Shown here piece after piece: positions 55,535 through 64,000 of a stretch of 64,000 nt of DNA. This stretch comes from Malacoraja senta (taxonomy: Eukaryota), in the NCBI GenBank assembly GCA_038087875.1, contig CM076002.1, positions 558,001-622,000 on the forward strand, in the 5' to 3' direction. Below the pieces are notes generated by a model. It worked only from the letters and a program-made list of their open reading frames with translations, searched no databases and had not been told where the DNA came from. The position numbers were made by a program, and so were the translations under genes. Every line of letters begins with the position of its first letter. Position 1 is the stretch's first letter.

Positions 55535-57475
55535 AGAGTCACACAGCAAGGAAACTGACCCTTTGGCCCAACTTGCCCACACTGGCTAACATGTCCCAGC
55601 TTCACTAGACCCACCTGCCAACATTTGGCCCACATCCTATCCATGTACCTGTCTAAATGCTTCTTAAATGTTGGGATAGTCCCTGCCTTCTCTGCTATAT
55701 CCTCTGGCAGCTCATTCCATACACCCACCACCCTTTGTGTGAAAAATTGACCCCTCTCATTCCTATTAAATCTTTTCACCTTTAAACTTATGTCCTCTGG
55801 TGAAGAATTATTCTGGGCAAGAATGTGCATCTACCCGATCTATTCCTCTCATAATTTTGTATACCGATGTAAGATCACCCCTCATCCTCCTGCGCTCCAA
55901 GGAGTACAGTCCCTGCCTAAACCTCACCCTGTAGCTCAGACCCTCAAGTCTGGCAACATCCTCGTAAATCCTCTCTGTACCTTTTCCAGCTTGACCTTCT
56001 TTCCTATAACACTGTAACTAGAACTAAACACAATATGCTAAATGTGGCCTCACCAACGTCTTATATAACTGCAGCTCAACACTGACAAGACTAAGGAGTT
56101 ACTGGTGGACTTTAGGAGGAGAGGAACACCCTGTCCCCTGTCTCCATCAATGGTGTGGATGTGCAGTTTACCAGGGAGTACAAATGCCTTGGAGTGTACC
56201 TGGACAGTAAACAGGACTGGCCCAGGAACGCTGAGGCCCTGTACAAGAAGGGACAGAGACGGCTGTACTTTTTGAGAAGGCTCTGCTCCTTCAACGTCTG
56301 CAGTGAGATGCTGCAGATGTTCTACCAATCGGTGGTAGCCAGTGGCATCTTCTTTGCTGCCGTGTGCTGGGGCAACAGGACGAAGGCTGTGGACGCCAAT
56401 AGGATCAACAAACTCATCAGGAAGGCTGGCTCCATCCTGGGGGCGGAGTTGGATTCATGGGTGATGGTCTTGGAGGGGAGGATGCTCCTCAAACTGTGGA
56501 GCATCCTGGACAAACACAGAACGCCACAGGGGATCCTTCTTCCCTGTGGCTATCAAACGGCACAACTCCTCCCCCTTTTGTTGTGGGGTAGACTGACACT
56601 GAGACTGACTCTCCCCCTTCCCCAATCTTTGCACATCCCCAATCCTTTCCACATGTCACTTTAATTCCATGTTTCATTTATTTTGTGTTTTTATGACTGT
56701 TGGCAGATCAATTTCCCTCCTTGGATAAATAAAGTCCTATCGTATCGTTACTGCAACATGACCTCCTAACTTCTGTACTCAATACTTTTTGACCACCCTA
56801 TCTACCTGCGGCTCCACCTTCACACTTCCCAGAGGCTGACCATTCACTGTGTCGGTCCTGTCCATGTTAGACCCCAAAATGCAACATCTCACATTTCTCT
56901 GTATTAAATTCCATCAACTATTCCTCCACCCACCTGGCTAATCAATCCAGATCCTGCTGCAATATTTGACAACCATCTTCACTACCTGCAAAACCACCTA
57001 CTTTTGTATCATCAGCAAACTTGCTGATCTTGCCAGGTATGTTCTCATCCAAATCTTTGATATAGATGACAAACAGTAACGGGCCCAGCCCCAAACCTTG
57101 AGGCACACCACTATTCACAGGCCTCCAGTCCGAGAAGCAGCCTTCCATCTTCTATGAAGCCAATTTTCTATCCAATCAGCTATCTCTCCTTGGATCCTAT
57201 GCGATCTAACCTTCCAGAGCAGCCTACCATCTGGAACCTTGTCAAATGCTTTGCTGAAGTCCATATGTCCAACATCTACAGCTCATCAACCTTTTTGGTC
57301 ACCTCTTCAAAAAACTCAAGCAGATGGTACAAAATCATGCTGACTATCCCTAACCAGCCCTTGTCCATCCAAATACATGTATATCCCATCCCTCAGAATA
57401 CCCTCTAGTAAATTTTCAACTACAGTCCACAAGCTCAGTGGCTTCCCAGCATTTCCCCTGCAGCAAATCTTCAAT
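55535..57475 (-). mobile_element. Old CR1 interrupted by a Rex1/Babar fragment
   Basis: FFTQRVVGVWNELP and GVPQGLGLGPLLF...FADDTK motifs; ataactgca | actgcaacatgacc continuity around the insert. Confidence 0.75.
56070..56750 (+). mobile_element. Rex1/Babar LINE 3' fragment
   Basis: YKCLGVYLD...KKGQRRLYFLRRL...FYQSVVAS motifs; aataaa followed by a (tatcg)n tail. Confidence 0.8.
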
Positions 57476-58092
57476 AGAAACATAGAAACATAGAAAAATA
57501 GGTGCAGGATTACGCCATTCGCCCCTTCGAGCCTGCACCGCCATTCAATATGACCATGACTGATCATCCAACTCAGTATCCTGTACCTGCTTTCTCTCCA
57601 TACCCCCTGATCCCTTTAGCCACAAGGGCCACATCTAACTCACTCTTAAATATAGCCAATGAACTGGCCTCAACTACCTTCTATGGCAGAGAATTCCAGA
57701 GATTCACCACTCTCTGTGTAAAAAATGTTTTTCTCATCTCAGTTCTAAAATATTTCCCCTTTATCCTTAAACTGTGACCCCTTGTTCTGGACTTCCCCAA
57801 GATCGGGAACAATCTTCCTGCATCTAGCCTGTCCAACCCCTTAAGAATTTTGTAAGTTTCTATAAGATCCCCCCTCAATCTTCTAAATTCTAGCGAGTAC
57901 AAGCCGAGTCTATCCAGTCTTTCTTCATATGAAAGTCCTGACATCCCAGGAATCAGTCTGGTGAACCTTCTCTGTACTCCCTCTATGGCAAGAATGTCCT
58001 TCCTCAGATTAGGAGACCAAAACTGTACGCAATACTCCAGGTGTGGTCTCACCAAGACCCTGTACAACTGCAGTAGAACGTCCCTGCTCCTA
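57475..58092 (-). mobile_element. CR1 3' portion (CTATGTTT-tailed subfamily)
   Basis: ORF 57681-58178 C-terminal ORF2 motifs; tail at 57475-57495. Confidence 0.88.
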
Positions 58093-61000
58093 TACATAGA
58101 TACATAGATACATAGAAAATAGGTGCAGGAGTAGGGCATTCGGCCCTTCGAGCCTGCACCGCCATTCAATATGATCATGGCTCATCATCCAACTCAGTAT
58201 CCCGTACCTGCCTTCTCTCCATACCCCCTGATCCCTTTAGCCACAAGGGCCACATCTAACTCCCTCTTAAATATAGCCAATGAACTGGCCTCAACTACCC
58301 TCTGTGGCAGAGAGTTCCAGAGATTCACCACTCTCTGTGTGAAAAAGTTTTTCCTCATTTCGGTCTTAAAGGATTCCCCCCTTATCCTTAAGCTGTGACC
58401 CCTTGTCCTGGACTTTCCCAACATCGGGAACAATCTTCCTGCATCTAGCCTGTCCAACCCCATAAGAACTTTGTACGTTTCTATAATATCCCCTCTCAAT
58501 CTCCTAAATTCTAGCGAGTATAAGCCAAGTCTATCCAGTCTTTCTTCATATGAAAGTCCTGACATCCCAGGAATCAGTTCTGGTGAACCTTCCCTGCACT
58601 CCCTCTATGGCTATAATGTCCTTCCTCAGATTTGGAGACCAAAACTGTACGCAATACTCCAGGTGTGGTCTCACCAAGACCCTGTACAACTGCAGTAGAA
58701 CCTCCCTGCTCCTATACTCAAATCCTTTTGCTATGAAAGCTAACATACCATTCGCTTTCTTCACTGCCTGCTGCACCTGCATGCCTACTTTCAATGACTG
58801 GTGTACCATGACACCCAGGTCTCGCTGCATCTCCCCTTTTCCTAATCGGCCACCATTTAGATAATAGTCTGCTTTCCTGTTTTTCCCACCGAAGTGGATA
58901 ACCTCACATTTATCCACATTATACTGCATCTGCCAAACATTTGCCCACTCACCCAGCCTATCCAAGTCACCTTGCAGTCTCCTAGCTTCCTCCTCACAGC
59001 TAACACTGCCCCCAGCTTAGTGTCATCCGCAAACTTGGAGATGTTGCCTTCAATTCCCTCATCCAGTTCATTAATATAAATTCTAAATAGCTGGGGTCCC
59101 AGCACTGAGCCTTGCGGTACCCCACTAGTCACTGCCTGCCATTGTGAAAAGGACCCGTTTACTCCTACTCTTTGCTTCCTGTTTGCCAGCCAGTTCTCTA
59201 TCCACATCAATACTGAAACCCCAATACCGTGTGCTTTAAGTTTGTATACTAATCTCTTATGTGGGACCTTGTCAAAAGCCTTCTGAAAGTCCAGATACAA
59301 CACATCCACTGGTTCTCCCCTATCCACTCTACTAGTTACATCTTCGAAAAAGTCTATAAGATTCGTCAGACACGATTTACCTTTCGTAAATCCATGCTGA
59401 CTTTGTCCAATGATTTCACCACTTTCCAAAAGTGCTGCTATCCCATCTTTAATAACTGACTCTAACAGTTTCCCCACTACCGATGTTAGACTAACTTGTC
59501 TGTAATTCCCCGTTTTCTCTCTCCCTCCCTTCTTAAAAAGTGGGGCAACGTTTGCTACCCTCCAATCCTCAGGAACTACTCCAGAATCTAAAGAGTTTTG
59601 AAAAATTATCACTAATGCGTCCACTATTTCTGGAGCTAGTTCCTTAAGTACTCTGGGATGCACCCTGGTGATTTATCGGCCTTTAATCCATTCAATTTAC
59701 CCAACACCACTTCCCGACTAACCTGGATTTCACTCAGTTCCTCCATCTCCTTTGACCCGCGGTCCCCTGCTATTTCCGGCAGATTATTTATGTCTTCCTT
59801 AGTGAAGACGGAACCAAAGTAGTTATTCAATTGGTCCGCCATATCCTTGTTCCCCATGATCAATTCACCTGTTTCTGATTGCAAGGGACCTACATTTGTT
59901 TTAACTAATCTCTTTCTCTTCACATATCTATAAAAACTTTTGCAGTCAGTTTTTATGTTCCCTGCCAGTTTCCTTTCATAATCTATTTTCCCTTTCCTAA
60001 TTAAGCCCTTTGTCCTCCTCTGCTTGTCTCTGAATTTCTCCCAGTCCTCTGGTATGCTGCTTTTTCTGGCTAATTTGTACGCATCATCTTTTGCTTTGAT
60101 ACTATCCCTGATTTCCCTTGTTATCCACGGATGCACTACCTTCCCTGATTTATTCTTTTGCCAAACTGGGATGAACAATTTTTGTAGTTCATCCATGCAG
60201 TCTTTAAATGCCTTCCATTGCATATCCACCGTCAACCCTTTTAGAACTAATTGCCAGTCAATCTTGGCCAATTCACGTCTCATACCCTCAAAATTACATT
60301 TCTTTAAGTTCAGAACCGTTGTTTCTGAATTAACAATGTCACTCTCCATCCTAATGAAGAACTCAACCATATTATGGTCACTCTTGCCCAAGGGGCCACG
60401 CACAACAAGACTGCTAACTAACCCTTCCTCATTACTCAATACCCAGTATAGAATAGCCTCCTCTCTCGTTGGTTCCTCTACATGTTGGTTTAGATAACTA
60501 TCCCGCATACATTCCAAGAAATCCTCTTGCTCAGCACCCCTCCCAATTTGATTCACCCAATCTATATGTAGATTGAAGTCACCCATTATAACTGTTTTGC
60601 CTTTGTTGCACGCATTTCTAATTTCCTGTTTGATGCCATCCCCAACTTCACAACTACTGCTAGGGGGCTTGTACACAACACCCACCAGCGTTTTCTGCCC
60701 CTTAGTGTTTCGCAGCTCTACCCATACTGATTCCACATCCTCCAAGCTAATGTCCTTCCTTTCCACTGCGTTAATCTCCTCTCTAACCAGCAACGCTACC
60801 CCACGTCCTTTTCCTTTCTCTCTATCCCTCCTGAATATTGAATATCCCTGGATGTTCAGCTCCCAGCCTTGGTCACCCTGGAGCCATGTCTCCGTGATCC
60901 CAACTATATCATAATCATTAATTGCTATCTGCACGATCAACTCATCCACCTTATTACGAATGCTCCTTGCATTGAGACACAAAGCCTTCAGGCTTGTTTT

Positions 61001-62250
61001 TACAACGCTCTTACCCCTTATACAATTATGTTGAAAAGTGGCTCTTTTTGATTTTTGCCGTGGATTTGTCTGCCTGCCACTTTTACTTTTCACCTTGCTA
61101 CCTATTGCTTCCGCCCGCATTTTACACCCCTCTGTTTCTCTGCTCACCCATTTAAGAACCCCACCACCTCTTATTCTCTGTTTATTATTGTTTTCTTCTT
61201 TCCCCCCTACATGTTGGGTCTGAGTGCTTTCCTTCTCTGCCTCTTGCCTCACACACTGTCTAATAGCATTCTCTATTTGAGTCCCTCCCCCCAACCATTC
61301 TAGTTTAAAGTCTCCCCAGTAGCCTTTGCAGATCTCCCTGCCAGGATATCGGTCCCCCTCAGGTTCAAGTGCAACCCATCCTTTTTGTACAGGTCGAACC
61401 TTCCACAAAAGAGGTCCCAATGATCCAGAAATTTGAATCCCTGCCTTCTGCATCAGTCCTTCAGCCTCACATTTATCCTCCACCTCGCTCCATTCCTACT
61501 CTCACTGTCGCGTGGCACAGGCAGTAATCCCGAGATTGTTACCTTTGCTGTCCTTCTCTTTAACTCCCCTCCTAACTCCCTAAATTCTCCTTTCAGGACC
61601 TCTTCTCTTTTTTTACCTATGTCATTGGTACCTATATGTATCACGACCTCGGCCTCCTCTCCCTGCCCTTTCAGGATGTCTTGGACACGTTGAGACACAT
61701 CACAGACCCTGGCACCAGGGAGGCAAACTACCATCCGGGTCTCCCGACTGCGTCCACAGAATCGCCTGTCTGACCCCCTAACTATAGTCCCCTATTAATA
61801 TTGCCCTCCTCTTCTTTTCCTTACCCTTCTGAGCAACAGGACCGGTGTCTATACCGGAGGCCCGGCCGCTGTCGCTACCCCCAGGTAGGCTGTCCACCCC
61901 AACAGTGCTCAAACTGGAGTACTTATTGTCAAGGTGTACAGCCACCGGGGTACTCTCTAGTCCCTGCCTGTGGCCCTTGCCTCTCCCAACCGTGATCCAC
62001 TTGCCTGCCTCCAGTGGTATTGGAGTGACCACCTCCCTGTAACTCCTCTCAATGACTTCCTCGCTCTCCCTGACCAGACGGAGGTCATCGAGCTGCTGCT
62101 CCAGGTTCCTAATACGGTCCATTATGAGCCGCATCTCGATACACCTGGCGCAGATGTGGACGTCTGGAGGGCTATCAGACTCCATGACTTCCCTCATCTG
62201 ACATCCAGAACAGTAAACTGCCCTGGCCCTCATACTCCCCTTACCCTGGA

Positions 62251-62479
62251 TAGAATACAAAACAAACTGCTAGAATACAAAACAAACTGCTAGAATACAA
62301 AACAAACTGCTAGAATACAAAACAAACTGCCAGAATACAAAACAAACTGCTAGAATACAAAACAAACTGCTAGAATACAAAACAAACTGCTAGAATACAA
62401 AACAAACTGCTAGAATACAAAACAAACTGCTAGAATACAAAACAAACTGCTAGAATACAAAACAAACTGCTAGAATACA
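62251..62479. repeat. 20-bp minisatellite (TAGAATACAAAACAAACTGC) x11.5
   Basis: Eleven full units, one with a T>C change at 62331; no spacers. Confidence 0.98.
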
Positions 62480-62601
62480 GTACAATCAGCAGGGATCTGA
62501 CTCCCAATCAGCTGCTCCCTCTTGTCTGCGTCCACCAATCAGCGGCTTCCTCAAACCCACTTGTTTTTGAAGTGGAACTTGGAACGTTACAGATTTCGGT
62601 T

Positions 62602-62856
62602 CAAGCCCCGCGCTCCTCTTTATCTCCTACTGCTCGGGTGTAGCTCCTCCCTCTGCGATCTCTCCAACGGCTCTCGGGCCTCTGTAAGGAACAAGCCCCG
62701 CGCTCCTCTTTATCTCCTACCGCTCGGGTGTAGCTCCACCCTCTGCGATCTCTCCAACGGCTCTCGGGCCTCTGTAAGGAACAAGCCCCGCGCTCCTCTT
62801 TATCTCCTACCGCTCGGGTGTAGCTCCTCCCTCTGCGATCTCTCCAACGGCTCTCG
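62602..62856. repeat. 90-bp GC-rich tandem repeat x2.8
   Basis: caagccccgcgctcctc recurs at 62602, 62692 and 62782. Confidence 0.95.
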
Positions 62857-62857
62857 A

Positions 62858-64000
62858 GAGGCCTTTAGACTCTGGTCAGGGGCAGGTAGGCCTAGACAGG
62901 GGGTATTGCTGGATATGAAAAAACGCACAAATGCTAGAGTTAAGTATGCACTTCGTTTTATTAAGAAAAATGAAAACACAATGAGAGCAGACTCGCTTGC
63001 CAGGAAGCTACAGAATAACAACCTTACTAACTTCTGGAAAGAGGTCAAAGTTAAAAGTAACCCAGTTAGAATCAATCATGAACATATAGATCTCTCTGTA
63101 GATATGGTAGTTAGTGCAGCAGATGTCTATGATGCCATTAACATGTTGGATAACAACAAAGCCTGCGGTATGGACTGCATTACTGCAGAACATCTAAAAT
63201 ATGCCAGCTATAAGCTCTGCCCTTTGCTTGCCATGTGCTTTAATGGTTGTCTGGTTCATGGTGTCCTGCCAAATGCTATTATGTCTGTAATGTTAGTGCC
63301 TGTGCTTAAAGATAAGGCTGGTAAGCTCAACAGTATTGATAATTACCGACCTATTGCATTAGCCAGTATCTTATCTAAAGTACTGGAGAGAATACTGTTG
63401 ACAAAGCTAGAAATGTATGTCCTTACTACTGACAATCAGTTTGGGTTCAAAAGAAAACATGGAACTGACCTGTGTATCTATGCTCTTAAAGAGATTGTGT
63501 TCAGGTACACAAGCCTGAATTCATCTGTATTTCTATGTTTTATTGATGCGTCCAAGGCATTTGATAGAATTAATCATGAACAATTGTTTGTAAAATTGCT
63601 AGATAGAGGTGCCCCTAAATTCTTAGTGAGAATTTTATTGTTTTGGTATGCCCATCAAACGTTTCAGGTTAAATGGGACAATGTTGTATCTGCTCCATTC
63701 TGTGTTAGTAACGGAGTGTGGCAAGGAGGAATTTTGTCTCCTATTTTATTTAATGTTTATATGGATGAATTGTCAAATCAGTTAAATAGGTTAAAAACTG
63801 GCTGTCTTGTGGGCAACACTATTGTTAATCATCTTATGTATGCAGACGACCTGGTCCTGCTCTGTCCATATAGTGTTGGGCTGCAGCAGATGCTGAAGGT
63901 GTGCTCTCAGTATGGCCTTGATTATGACATAAAGTATAACGCTAAGAAAAGCCGCATAATGATAGTTAGAAGCGCTGAGGACAGGAAATCAACTTTTCCG
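62858..64000 (+). mobile_element. Non-CR1 LINE reverse transcriptase, RTE-X-like; frame open to the window end (absent from the ORF track)
   Basis: Manual translation: NYRPIALASILSKVLE, NQFGFK, FIDASKAFDRINH, GVWQGGILSPILFNVYMD, HLMYADDLVLL (YADD at 63839-63850); no stop codon in about 380 codons. Confidence 0.85.

Larger units (their letters stand above)
58092..62856 (-). mobile_element. Near full-length young CR1 (5' UTR repeats, ORF1, ORF2, tail), inactivated by small indels
   Basis: ORF1 pieces 61778-62260 (CSGC...CARC) and 61453-61734 (HIGTND). ORF2 pieces 59636-61483, 58857-59663, 58546-58965 and 58194-58565. (CTATGTAT)n tail. Confidence 0.95.

Noticed and set aside
62251..62479. CRISPR-like regular array
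   Set aside because: Head-to-tail 20-mers with no unique spacers, no cas genes, vertebrate context: a minisatellite.

Overview
Vertebrate nuclear DNA, most likely from a cartilaginous fish (skate or ray). This is inferred from an HE1/V-SINE-like element and the CR1 families present. The great majority of the window is nested transposon debris: many CR1 LINEs (one close to full length), Rex1/Babar LINE pieces, an RTE-X-like LINE, two DIRS1-type tyrosine-recombinase retrotransposons with recognisable ITR/ICR termini, two Harbinger-like MITEs, Penelope-derived termini with hammerhead-like cores, and a probable ERV remnant with a tRNA-Ser primer-binding site. There is one clear host gene: an uninterrupted 2697-codon ORF (40099-48192, +) for a very large interferon-inducible GTPase (GVIN1/URGCP family). 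Its N-terminal pseudo-GTPase-like module is present in three tandem copies ahead of a single canonical GTPase domain, and it starts with an N-myristoylation-type motif. A small non-repetitive island at about 3.72-4.33 kb carries adjacent GAS and ISRE motifs and a splice donor, and may be this gene's promoter and first exon. No searches could be run. Family names rest on motifs recognised by eye, and boundaries of old repeats are approximate.
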